Positions 26,507-43,285 are shown, counted from the first letter of the stretch. The stretch: 64,000 nucleotides of DNA from Eledone cirrhosa (GCA_964016885.1 OZ024747.1:14880001-14944000), one strand, 5' to 3'. Translations and numbers: made by a program. The notes: a model not told the origin generated them from the letters alone.

Positions 26507-26761
26507 TTAACTGTATACTTTGTGAAAAGTTCTATGGAATTTATGCAGGCAGATGGAAAACAAATCCGAGCGTCTATTTATTATGGATTCTAGGTTAGAG
26601 ATAATGGTAAATTTTTCATTTAGGCAGAGATTACAGATTTTAGATAGAGAACTGTTCAAGTACGAGGATGCAGAAGAAATCTTTTTCCAAAAGATGTTAT
26701 ATTTAATGTTTTTGTCTTTTAAGGACCATATGAGTTCTGAGAGAGCAGTGTTAGTTCTTTT
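26507..26761 (-). pseudogene. PLE GIY-YIG C-terminal part (open frame; plus-arm copy 26770-27023 has a -1 frameshift)
   Basis: KRTNTALSELIWSLKDKNIKYNIFWKKISSASSY…CNLCLNEKFTII…INRRSDLFSICLHK fits the T.LS..IW.LK…W…CxLCLxEK…N.R.EL…C.H signature of a PLE endonuclease subtype. Confidence 0.85.
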
Positions 26762-28034
26762 ACAAACTTAAAAGAACTAACACTGCTCTCTCAGAACTCA
26801 TATGGTCCTTAAAGACAAAAACATTAAATATAACATCTTTTGGAAAAAGATTTCTTCTGCATCCTCGTACTTGAACAGTTCTCTATCTAAAATCTGTAAT
26901 CTCTGCCTAAATGAAAAATTTACCATTATCTCTAACCTAGAATCCATAATAAATAGACGCTCGGATTTGTTTTCCATCTGCCTGCATAAATTCCATAGAA
27001 CTTTTCACAAAGTATACAGTTAATATTCAATTCTTTATCAATTTAGAATCTTTTCTCAAAGGCACATATACATACACCTCTTTAAAATATACCCATCTAC
27101 CTTACTTTAAAGGGCATTATACACTCTATAATACCCGTTTACCTCATCACCCTCATTATATCTCCTCGTAAAACAATAACATTTGTTTTTGACATTTTGA
27201 GTATTCATCCGCAATCATTATTATTTTTTCTCTCTATCATAAATCTTTTTAATCTCAATTTCATCCTTAATTTATTATTATTTTTTTTTTTTCTCCCCAT
27301 CAACGAACTCATTATTAATACATATGAATTCAATATAAAAACTTTAACTTCACATTATTTTTCTCAAATCCTATACATAAACTTTTTTCTCTTTGCTAAT
27401 TTTAAAATTCCTACATTTCTCCTTTTGACGTTAGAATATTCACCCACGATTATTATTTTTTTCTCTCTATCTCCATACATAATCTCCCTTCGTTATTTTT
27501 TTCTCTCTATCTCCATACATAATTTCCCTTCGTTAATTTTCAAATTCCTTTAATTTATACATTATCTTCCAACGGTTCCCAACCTCTCTATATTAAAACA
27601 TTATATCTTTTTCTCAGTTATAAAAACTATCTCTTTCTCTCTATCACCCATCTCTCCCTTTCCACCTTCACTCTCATCTCCTCCCCTTTTTTTCATCCTT
27701 GCCACCCCCACCCCTCCCTAAATATAATATATTTTTTCCTCGCACATATCCTCCCTTCGTTAATTTTCAAAATTTTTAATTTATACAGTATCTTCCAACG
27801 GTTTTCAACCCCTCTATATAAAATATATCTCCTCTCTGTTATAAAAACTATCTCTTTCTCTCTATCACCCATCTCTCCCTCTCATCTCCTTCCCTTTTCA
27901 TCCTTTTCTCTCCCCCCCTCTCTAAATAAAATATTTTTCCCAATATCACACATCAATCTAAAACCACTTTTCATATGTTGATTTAAAACTGCACTATCAA
28001 CAAGTGTTTTTTTAGCCTTCATATCATGTTCTCC

Positions 28035-28105
28035 TGTTTTATCTGATGAAAACACAAATATTATTGTTTGATGATGTTTGTTTTTGAAATGCGCATAATA
28101 AAATA
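28035..28105 (+). ncRNA. type I hammerhead motif (family D)
   Basis: tgttttat CTGATGA aaacacaaatattatt-gttt-gatgatgtttgttttt GAAA tgcgca TA ataaaata. Palindromic stem III ATGCGCAT; predicted cut after 28097. Confidence 0.85.
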
Positions 28106-28230
28106 TATTGAACTCCTTTAACCATCTTTTGATCTTATATTATGCATACTCCAGTCCCACAAACTGTAGAGTGCTTCTTATCCGATATCTGCATTGCTTT
28201 ATTGTACTACAATAAAACTCACCTCCTACA

Positions 28231-30490
<2,260 letters not shown>

Positions 30491-30957
30491 ATAGATAAAT
30501 ATACGACGGTACGTAACTTAACAGGAAGTTAAACACATTCGGATGAATCCCAAAATTACTGCGAATCCAACCAATAGCAAGCCTCAAACCTGTAATCAAC
30601 TCCACTCCGTTAAACTGTAAGGTTTCCCACGTAAATTCAAAACCATCACGCCCATCAAAGCCATATCCCAGCTCTCACAGTCAAACAACAACCAACATAT
30701 AATATCATACCTCTAAATATCTCTATATAAGTATATCTATACATGTATATATATTCATGGTTATGCATGAAGTATATATATATGTGTGATTGTTAATTTG
30801 TGTCCTGGTGTGTATGTGTATATATTTACACTATTTTATAGACATAGAAATATCCACATATACACATACTTATATACATACTGTCAATATTTTCACATAT
30901 ATAAATAAGTAAATATAGATATATATATTTATATACATATATGTGTGTGTGTTTATA

Positions 30958-31025
<68 letters not shown>

Positions 31026-31097
31026 ATATATATGTGTGTGTGCGTATCAGTATTTATTTATATATACACACATATATATATATAAATAAATATAAGT

Positions 31098-32045
31098 ATG
31101 TATACGTACATACATATATGTATACAGACGTATATTAGTATGTATATACATACATACATGCACACATATATATATGTACGTATAGGTTTACTGAACATTT
31201 ATTATAATGCTCAGTTTGTAAACAAACAGCCCGAATTATTAGCCGTACAGTGTTCGGCAACCATCCCTGCCCTATTTGTTCAACACTGATAAAGGAACGA
31301 TGAACTAATTTCTAGCTTATTAGCTGTCATCATCACCGTATACCCTCCTGTCAGTTGATTGAATGTTTGAAAGTATATACTTTCCTTATGCATATTAACG
31401 ACTGAGCAGCCCAATTTGCATATCGAGTGAGTTAGTCGTCGTACAGAAAACGATAAATTGAAAAAATGTACTTTCATTTCTCACTCTTAGTAGAGTTGAT
31501 ACTTAAATGTAAGTATCAGCGTAAGTATCATATTAACGGTTGAGCAGCCTAATTTGCATATATGTAGGTACGTACATATACTTATATTTAAGTATCAGCC
31601 GTACTAACAGTGAGAAATGAAGTTTCATTTTTTCCACATATCGTTTTCGGTACGCCGACTAACTCACTCGATATACAAATTAGGCTGCTCAGCCGTTAAT
31701 ATGCATAAGGAAAGTATATACTTTCAAACGTTCAATCAACGGACAGGAAGGAATACGGTGCTGATGATAGCTAATAAGCTAGAAACTAGTTCATCGTTCC
31801 TTTGTCAGTGTTAAACAAATAGGGCAGCGATGGTTGCCGAACACTGTACGGCTAATAATGCGGGCTGTTTGTTTACAAACTGAGCATTATGATAAATGTT
31901 CGGTAAACCTATACGTACATATATATATGTGTGCATGTATGTATATACATACTAATATACGTCTGTATACATATATGTATGTACGTATACATACTTACAT
32001 TTATGTATCAGCCGTACTAAGAGTGAGAAATGAAATTTCATTTTT
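31098..32045. mobile_element. family C fold-back non-coding hammerhead element (retrozyme-like)
   Basis: Minus arm 31098-31492, plus arm 31592-32045. The plus arm starts and ends with the same ~40-bp sequence (period ~413 bp). Confidence 0.85.
31755..31797 (+). ncRNA. minimal type I hammerhead motif (family C); inverted degenerate copy at 31297-31339
   Basis: acggtg CTGATGA tagct-aata-agcta GAAA ctag TT catcgt, with palindromic ACTAGT. Confidence 0.8.
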
Positions 32046-32081
32046 TCTATTTATATATATATATTTATATAAATATACACT

Positions 32082-32140
<59 letters not shown>

Positions 32141-32146
32141 TATGTA

Positions 32147-32208
<62 letters not shown>

Positions 32209-32244
32209 TATGTATATATGTGTGTATATATATATATGTATATA

Positions 32245-32284
<40 letters not shown>

Positions 32285-32453
32285 TATATATATGTTTATA
32301 TGTATATATATGTATATATATATATATATGTATATATGTATATATATGTATATATATATGTATATATATGTATATATATATGTATATATATGTATATATT
32401 TATATATATATATGTATATATATGTATATATATATATATGTATATACATATAC

Positions 32454-32549
<96 letters not shown>

Positions 32550-32825
32550 GTATATATATACTAGTAGACTCTACATGTGGAAAATACTGCAGTACACAGT
32601 CAGTATGTCTGCTTGCTACAATAGACTTCCATTTTTATTCATTATCTCACCTTTAGAGATATATTTAATTCTTTTCTTATATTCTGGAAAACGGCTGACT
32701 CAACAAGAGGGTAACGAAGTGTAGTTTTGAAACAAATCCAACCAAATAATACATATGAATGTATGAAACTCAGGTTTTGTATGTGAATCATTCAATTTCA
32801 TTCTCTTTGCATTTCTCCTTCAATG

Positions 32826-32996
<171 letters not shown>

Positions 32997-33013
32997 TATA
33001 TATATATATACAC

Positions 33014-33726
<713 letters not shown>

Positions 33727-33946
33727 ATTATATATATATATATATATATATATACTTGGGGAGGGTCATATTATAATAATATTGCAAGAAATAATAACAG
33801 AACATACTCACTATTTGGTTTGGGTTGGTTTTATATATTTTATATCTCCATAGTTAATTTGTTTGGCAATCAAAATTTATCATTGATTGACCAACAGTAA
33901 AAAAACAGATATATATATATATACATAAATATATATATATATAGTC

Positions 33947-33990
33947 TATCAAATTTCTTTCGTCGCACATCTGCAACATCATCAGTGGTA
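33947..33990 (-). ncRNA. hammerhead motif related to family E
   Basis: acca CTGATGA t gttgca-gatg-tgcgac GAAA gaaa TT tgat. Upstream sequence (to ~34205) has a GCATGCGCA motif as in the family E 3' UTR. Confidence 0.6.
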
Positions 33991-34302
33991 TTATTATGTT
34001 TCCTCCCATTGTATTGTAATGTAATGTCTACGGTATTTATTTATTTTTTTATTTATTTAATTATTCTTGTCTCTGTCTCTGCGCATGCTTTTGCCTGTGT
34101 GTATAAGGCTTGGTGTGTGTGTGATCGCGTTTGAGTGTATGTGTTTTTAGGGACCCCTCTAGCAGAATCGAGAAGTCGAGAAGGATTGGGTTGGAACCTG
34201 GAAGGTATAAATATATATATACCACAGTCTCGGTATATATATATTCTGTATACATACAGATATAACTTTATCATATACTTCGCCCGGTTGAGTTAACACA
34301 TA

Positions 34303-34455
<153 letters not shown>

Positions 34456-34457
34456 GG

Positions 34458-34490
<33 letters not shown>

Positions 34491-34493
34491 GTG

Positions 34494-34528
<35 letters not shown>

Positions 34529-34581
34529 GTGTATATATATATACATATATATGTATATATATATATATATATGTGTGTGTG

Positions 34582-34707
<126 letters not shown>

Positions 34708-34721
34708 CATATATATGTGTG

Positions 34722-34822
<101 letters not shown>

Positions 34823-34858
34823 ATATATATACATATATATATATGTATATATATACAC

Positions 34859-34906
<48 letters not shown>

Positions 34907-35161
34907 GTATGTATGTGTGTAGATATAGATATAGATATACATGAATCGCAGTCAGGTAGATACAGGTTTAATTTCGATGCTCTATCGAATACTGTAATCA
35001 TTTTTCTGGTGATTTTTGTCAAATCAATTATTTACAAGATTAAATGTTTACTAACATATACTACAGTGGCTTTTACACTTTAAACTTAAATATAAACCTA
35101 GATACAGACACTGATACATGCGCAGATATACACGAACACACGTACATACACAGACACCTAA

Positions 35162-35219
<58 letters not shown>

Positions 35220-35635
35220 CTGTGTGCGATTTTTTGTGTGTGAATGTTTACTACATATATCAATATATTAACTAACTTTTGTATATTGTCCTGAACATCA
35301 TTACATGCTGTGTGTTCTTGGTTAGAAAATTACGAAAATATATGTAAATCATATTTACTATTAGCAGGAAAGAAATGCAGGTTATGAAAAAGATCAAATG
35401 CTGTAGGTTAAATATAAAGGTGAAACATCAGTAACATATATAAATAAAATATAACTATTCTGTCGATGGTAGGTGAGATATGCCATAGAAAAGGTATCGT
35501 AGGGAAATATCTCAAACAGGAACCACTAATATTATTAACGAACTATCGTGAATATTTTCTTTAGCACACACATACACACATTCACAGGCACACAGACGCA
35601 CAGGCACACACACACACACACACATATATATATAC

Positions 35636-35808
35636 GTTATTCCGGGTTGAATCGGAGGTAACCGCAGTAAGCAAGGTACTCAATACATTGCAGAGTATAA
35701 AAGTTTTAATATAGATGAGTTTCTACAGGACTAGAACTGTTTCATTCTTTAGAAATCAAAAGATTTATAAAGAATGAAACAGTTCTAGTCCTGTAGAATC
35801 TCATCTAT
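35636..35808. mobile_element. family B fold-back with truncated hammerhead
   Basis: Arms 35709-35750/35769-35808 contain GAAA-CAG-ttctagtc-CTG-TA. The left tail has a terminal hairpin similar to 16423-16451. Confidence 0.7.
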
Positions 35809-35871
35809 ATATATATATATATATATATATATTGTGTTTTTGTATAAATATATATATATATATTGTCACTT

Positions 35872-35907
<36 letters not shown>

Positions 35908-35908
<1 letters not shown>

Positions 35909-35987
35909 TGGGTCGCCAAGTATGAAATTTGTAGAAAAAGTCCTATGCCCATATGCCTCACTACAAATTTCATACTTGACGACCCAA
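35908..35987. mobile_element. 80-bp MITE-like element with 27-bp terminal inverted repeats
   Basis: TTGGGTCGCCAAGTATGAAATTTGTAG … CTACAAATTTCATACTTGACGACCCAA flanked by TA; mariner-like TIR start. Confidence 0.6.
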
Positions 35988-36355
35988 TATATATATAATA
36001 TCATGTGCAATGTGTACACACACATATATAATTGTGTTAATGTGTTTATGTGTTTATGTGCGTGCATTATTTAATGGAGAGGCGTAAGCAATATATAGCT
36101 TTATCGTCTCTCAACTGAAACAGAGTGAATATAGGCGGTCCAATCTGAAAGGAGATGGAGGACAAAATTAATAATAAATAGCCTATATATGCAATACAAA
36201 TCCGAAACAAAATTACGAGGTTAATAATTATTTCCTTGCTTCCAAAACGTCTATGATTTGGGCATGTTACAATTGGAGTTATACAATTTTCTTGTTTTTC
36301 CTTTCGTTGTATCACAAACAGATGAAAACCACACACACACGCACACACACACACA

Positions 36356-36472
<117 letters not shown>

Positions 36473-36582
36473 CACTATAATCATTAAAATGCAATCATGC
36501 AATATTCGTGCCTCACGAAATTTTCCTCCGAAGCAAATGTATTTATGTACGTAAAAAATGTATGCATACATACATATATATA

Positions 36583-36628
<46 letters not shown>

Positions 36629-36720
36629 TATGTATATGTATGTATGTATGCATATATATATATATATATATATACAGTTATATAGTTAGGTATGCATGTA
36701 AATATATCTATATATCTATC

Positions 36721-36752
<32 letters not shown>

Positions 36753-36784
36753 TGCAGATGCAGACACACACATATATATAGATG

Positions 36785-36870
<86 letters not shown>

Positions 36871-37562
36871 AGTATGTATGTCAGTGTGTCTACTGAAGTG
36901 TGGGTATTCAGGTTAAAATATAAAGGTATGCTACTTTCTCAAATAGAAAATAAATCTAAATAAATACTAAAACGTCAAATAAATGCTAAAACGTCAAAAA
37001 CGAAATTATAATGTCTGACAACACCAAGAAAAAATGTAAGACAGAGTATACAAAACCTTTTACGTATTAAATTGATTACGGGAAAATTTATGAAAATATT
37101 TATTTAACAAATACCACGGGTCAAAATATGAAAAATGAAGACGAAAGGAGGGAAAAACTAAGAGTAAAACCAACGTAAAGAGTGGATAGTCTTTACAAAC
37201 GTGTTTACACACAGGCTTGCTCTCTCGTAATAATTTTCCGGAAGTGTTCCTCCTTAATATGGAGTCAGCAGCTAAATGGGTACTTTGGGGTGTCGTCTTT
37301 TTGGCGAGCAAAATGTGGACAACGGATGTTTGTACAGCATTCCAGTCCCACGCAAATAACGGTTATATTTTATTTTATTTTATTTTATCATATATAATGC
37401 GGACAGATGTTATGTGTATATACATATATGTGTTTCTATGTCCTTCTGTATGTATGGAGGTGTGAGTGTATTGATGATACGTATGTAGGTTGATATGCTT
37501 ATATGTATTGTTCTATCAGTGTAGCTATTTAGCCCTCAATCAATATGTATGTATGTACGTAT

Positions 37563-37657
<95 letters not shown>

Positions 37658-37940
37658 TAGATAGATAGAGAGAGAGAGATGATATATCTTGTAAATAAAC
37701 ATATATATATATATACATATATATATACATATATATACACGTAGGCACAAGCGGATACATCACGGATTTTATTACCTCCTGTCTCGTTACTGTCTCTTTA
37801 TCCCTCCCTCTGTACCGACAGAAATCTATACATACATACGTACACACATACTCACACACTCACACATATATATATATACACACATGTATTTATATATCGC
37901 CTGGGCCAGTGCTGATCGAAACTTTTCAATTTTACAAAGT

Positions 37941-37997
<57 letters not shown>

Positions 37998-39198
37998 CTG
38001 TGTGTGTGTGTGTATGTGTAGGGGTGTGTGTATGTGTGTATGTGTGTAAGTATGTATTGATATGTGTTTGTGTGTGTGTCGGTTTATGTGTGTGCGTATA
38101 GCTGTTTAGGTATGTGTGTGTGTGTATGTATCTTAGATCCGAAAGCACTAACATTACAAATAAATGTCTTCATATACACGGGGATAAGGAGTGCTCACAT
38201 TGATATAAAATGTCAGCAGTAAAATCACTTCTGAGAAAAAAAATCTTTATATTCTTATCCACAAAAGACACTTTACAAAGTAAAAAGAATTAGACACTTG
38301 TCAACAATGAATACTAGAACTCGTTAATAGGAAACTGCCACCCTATAAAAACAAACCACACGTATATTGTATGCTCCCTGAACCAAATGCACCCTAGTTA
38401 TATTAGGGATCAATGCGTTATAAAAAAGGAGAACACAATTTCTATTATAATGTACGACACAATAACAGAAAGAATATATTACAAATCTAAAATTTTCCAT
38501 CACAAATTGTATAGTGATATCTGTAAAAGTCAGAACATATTTCTAGTGATTAATTTGATATGCAAACACAGGGAAAACCTTTGACCGATATGTCTGCTGC
38601 ATCAAGATTTACCTGGAACTAATTATCACAAAAACAACATAAATATAAATGGATCCCCGTCAATTTTGTCAATGAGTGTTTTAGATGTCCGGGGAACAGA
38701 ACAGAGCGTGAAATTAACACTTTCGTGGATGAGAACTACACAGCCAGAAATATCCTTAACTCTATTTGTAGGGGATTCTAAATGTCGCAGTGATTGACGC
38801 GGCTGTCTCTTTGAATTGTGTTTTGTCAATTAATCGGCTGCTAAGTGTATAACCAGTTACATTCGATAGGTTTGTGTCGACTCGAGGCCATGGTTAAAGA
38901 CATTTATTTTGCACAATATGCCATGCAAAATACACAGCATATAACACAGATGCATCATAAAATATTGCTCTTCGTCACTGCAACAGAAATGTATTGAATC
39001 TAAATTGGAATCCACTGCAGCATATTATTCTATAAGTTGACAATGGCGATAATGGAGCATGGTACAGTTCCATACCTCTGATTCTCAAATGGAATGGTGG
39101 GAGACACAAATGGGTGAATAGGAAAGCAAAGGACCATAAGGTGTCGTGGGGGAGACACTTAATGATAGAGGCAAAAATAGGCAAAGAATACAGATTAG

Positions 39199-39464
39199 CA
39201 CACACACAGAAACAAAATGGCGTAGGACAGAACAAAGGAGAGGCACAGAAACAAAGAAAGGAATCCCCAGTCACTGAAGAGGTCACAGAGTGTGTGACCA
39301 AAGAACTATGACAATATATAAACAACTATCTGGTTGTGGAACCAACCAACCAACCAGAAATTTATAAATGTATAAATTTATTATAAATTTATTATAATAA
39401 ATTGAAGTGAAAGCAACTGGTGCGTGTGTTTCTTATTGGCAACATGACCCTCCCAAAGTATAAC
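39199..39464 (+). mobile_element. solo family E 3' UTR copy with target-site duplication
   Basis: Homologous to 22922-23198. AATACAGATTAG occurs at 39187-39198 and 39465-39476. Hammerhead GAAA is changed to CAAA. Confidence 0.9.
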
Positions 39465-40044
39465 AATACAGATTAGTAGTTACCCATAAAACCTGTAGTT
39501 ATTCAATAACTACTTCAATAAAATATTATTGAAATTTTATTGAAATTTTATTGTAATAAACTTTCATAGTCTGGTCAGAGCAATAAATGTCAAAGCTAAT
39601 TTTAACATGTAAACTGAAATTAATTTACTTGCGAGGATTGACCACACAACTGGGAAAGGGGGAGACTTTATAGGGCTAATTTTGGGCGCTTATACCTGAT
39701 CACGGGTAAAAATGATGTAGCAGAGAGTATTTAAAAAATCATACATGTATTCAAGTTAGTGTAACTCTAGCATTTTTATTCAGAATACTCTCCGAGTAAA
39801 TATAATATAAAAAACATTACTTAAACAGATAATAATTAAACGCATGGATTTTGTATGAACATTTTGATATTAATAGTTTACAAAATGTATACCCATTGTT
39901 ATTAAGAACATCTAATAATTATGTTTTCGGGCGAGGTGATAACGATTCGTATAATTTTGGATATCAATTTGTATGTACTATGATATAAGCTCTTGCGAAA
40001 TATACAATACACTTTTCTTTAATAAATTGTTACATACATACACA

Positions 40045-40160
<116 letters not shown>

Positions 40161-40499
40161 TATGTATATATATATATGTATATATATATATATACATACA
40201 TACGTACATACATACATACGTACATACATACATACATACATTTCAACTCAATATTACCATCTGAATAAGAAAAGGAAATTCGTGTAGAATCTAGACATAT
40301 AGAATGGACATAGCATGTGATTAAGACAAGCAGGAACAATAGTCATATTACATGGTCAGGACAATCAAATGAAGCTAACCATGTGTAAACTACAGAATAG
40401 CTTATTCTCCATACAATTATTGATAGACAATCGCCAAGGCCATTCGTATGCACGCATACATATATACATACATGCAGACTGACACACACATATATATAT

Positions 40500-40560
40500 G
40501 AGTTCGGATCTAGCTGTTGAAATGGCAGGAGCACATCCGTCGGGGTTCCGAATTTTATCA
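40500..40560 (+). mobile_element. family F stub
   Basis: AGTTCGGATCTAGCTGTTGAAATGGC…TCCGTCGGGG matches 2329-2375. Confidence 0.65.
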
Positions 40561-40849
40561 TATATATATCTATATATACGCACACATACATATATTGCAG
40601 TAGTAAATACATATCTGCATTTGTAAGGAAATATTACACAGAATCGATCGTTCAGGAATTTTAACATCCATCTCAAATTAAAAACACACCCAATGCTCTA
40701 CAGTAAAACTAAATGTGTGCACTGAGAATAGGTGATTGCAGCTGCATAATAGCAATTCACTAGATTTGTTGAGTGAGCTAGACGTTGACCGAAGGACGGT
40801 GATTTATACCAGCGATCTTCGTTAATATTATTATATATATATAACAATA

Positions 40850-41056
40850 TGGCTGAGTGGTTAGGGAATTGGATTCACAATCTTGAGGCTATGAGTTCGA
40901 TTTCTGGACCGGGTGATGTGTTATGTCCTTGAACAAGACACTTTATTTCACGTTGGTCCTTCTACCTGGAGTTGCGACCGATAGATAGTACTAGCAACTG
41001 GAAAGACCGACGAAAACATTGTTTCCTCGGTCCGATTTGACGAAAGTCGATTGATC
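40850..41056 (+). mobile_element. SINE S2 (CORE-like)
   Basis: A-box, B-box and TGTCCTTGAACAAGACACTTTATTTCACG core; homologous to 19806-20016. Confidence 0.85.
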
Positions 41057-41504
41057 CTTTAATATATGTATGCATAGTATATTTGGCAATATAGCGTATT
41101 AAAAACATTTAGAAGACAATTCGCTATCAGTTTTAAAGTAATGACCATGTCACTTACTTATTTTCGGTGAAAGTAAGGGAGAGAGATTGACAGTCTGTTT
41201 CTCGCTGCTTGGCGTTTATCAAAACCACCCACTCCCCTGACTCCGCCGAAAATTATAGAATCTGGATCCTTATATAATTCCAGTAATAATCAGGAGCTGA
41301 TTATACAGAGCGATTGCCGGTCCAGCAAAAATTAGGTATTAGTATTGGTGCTCTATATATATATGGTAGTGAAAATTCAAAATGTTATATCCAAAGTTGT
41401 TAGAGCACTCAGTCCAAAGAACGAGTTTGATATAGAGTTAATTACATAACAATTACCAAACCATCCTTGAGAACACGTGTTTCACCTTGACAATTAACCT
41501 CTCC

Positions 41505-41569
<65 letters not shown>

Positions 41570-42154
41570 CTTGGTTCATTTTTTCTTGTGTGGTATAGGA
41601 ATGGTGAGTCGGGCTGTATTATGGTATAGGAATGGTGAGTCGGGCTGTATTTTGGCTTATGATGTGCATATTCTTCGGGTTGTAGAAAGCATTGGACTAA
41701 TGTTGACTTTCTTATGTTACAGGTTAGGCAATTGGATGTGTCAATTACGTGTATGTATGCTATACCTTGATACCGTCTGGACCAAATTCCACGTTGACAT
41801 GCCTCTGACATAAAGACGCCTCGGTGAGATCGATATATATTACGTTTGCTTGAGTTCATAGATAGCATTGAAGTAGTGTAGATTTCAGCATCGTTAAAGA
41901 AAGTACAAACTCAGTGATGTTTCGGGGGGCTCTCTTTCCAGCTTTCATAGCATCGATGTTTCAAGTGGGTTGTATTCTACAAAAGAGGAAGATCTTAATA
42001 TTTGATATATAATATTGTATAAGTAAATGTATTTATATTCATGAGCTGAAAATCCATGTTATTGTTGTAGGAATACGAATATACTTATATAAGTTTATAC
42101 TCCCGCACACATACACACGTGTATGCACCGACACAGAACCACATACACAAATAT

Positions 42155-42332
42155 ATGTTCCTTAGGGAACCCCTACATGGACACACTAGAAGAGGAAGAC
42201 CAAGGTTAACATATGTTGATGCCCTAAGGACAGACACTGGTCTGTTGGAGATGCAGGATATGGCAGCGATAATGAGGGACAGAGACCGCTGGAGAGAACT
42301 CGTCCATGGATCTCGGGAATTTTACCCGCCTT

Positions 42333-42334
<2 letters not shown>
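42155..42334 (+). pseudogene. RTE-like LINE ORF C-terminus
   Basis: [25 protein letters not shown]…[11 protein letters not shown], the RTE RGRP…DR..W end signature, running straight into (TA)n. Confidence 0.8.
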
Positions 42335-42389
<55 letters not shown>

Positions 42390-42477
42390 TAAATTCAGCG
42401 AGAATCGCATTTCGGCGGGTAGAAAAAGCGAAACGTAACGCAAATATATATATATATATATATACATACACACACAC

Positions 42478-42513
<36 letters not shown>

Positions 42514-42525
42514 TGTGAAAAACAT

Positions 42526-42593
<68 letters not shown>

Positions 42594-42734
42594 GCGGTAG
42601 AAGCGTTTCTGAATTAGTGGGTCCAAATTTGGACAATTTAGTTGCACTCTAAAATGGTGAGAAAACTTCGATATGCGATAAAACTAATATGGACATACAT
42701 TGTAGCGCATATCCAAATAGATCTGTGTTTTGGT

Positions 42735-43135
42735 AGAACTCTCTTCCAATCCCCCTCTCTATATCAATAAACATCAAACACTCTCCCTCACTATATTTAT
42801 TACACGGAACTCTCTCCCAACACCCTCTTTATATCAAATACCATCAAACTATACCCCTCTCTATATCTAATTCAAAACACAATCTCGCAACCCCCTCTCT
42901 ATATCAATTAGCACCGAACTACCACCCTCTCTCTATCTAGCATACACCACTCTCTTTCATTCCCTCTCTCTCTATCCATCACTATCAAACTCTACACCTC
43001 TCTATATCTACTACACGCATCTCTCTTCCAATATCCCTCTCTATATCAATGAGCCACAAACTTTCCCCCTCACTATATCTACTACACTGAACTCTCTGCC
43101 AATCCCCCTCTCTATATCTATATCTGTCTCTCCCA
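42735..43135. repeat. degenerate ~40-bp minisatellite
   Basis: About 10 units resembling ACTCTCTTCCAATCCCCCTCTCTATATCAAT. Confidence 0.8.
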
Positions 43136-43285
43136 TCTGGCTTTACCTAACATGTCTATACATTGTAGCGCATATACAAATAGATGTGTGTTTTAGTAGT
43201 TTGTGGAGAAAAATATAATGATGGGGGGAGGGGGGGGGGGTATAACCCCCCCCCCCCCGGCACCGCCAGTTCCACCGCCACTGTA

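Larger units (their letters stand above)
24961..28230. mobile_element. Penelope-like element family D, ~3.2-kb fold-back
   Basis: Arms 24961-26761 and 26770-28140 around an ~8-nt spacer, plus a 90-bp tail 28141-28230. GIY-YIG C-terminus at the centre and hammerheads at both outer ends. Confidence 0.92.

Noticed and set aside
24961-28140. Palindromes as amplification or assembly chimeras
   Set aside because: The arms differ by substitutions, indels and a TSD-flanked SINE, and the same end points recur at independent loci.
40850-40925. tRNA genes at A-box/B-box motifs
   Set aside because: Every instance continues into a SINE body and lacks a proper cloverleaf.
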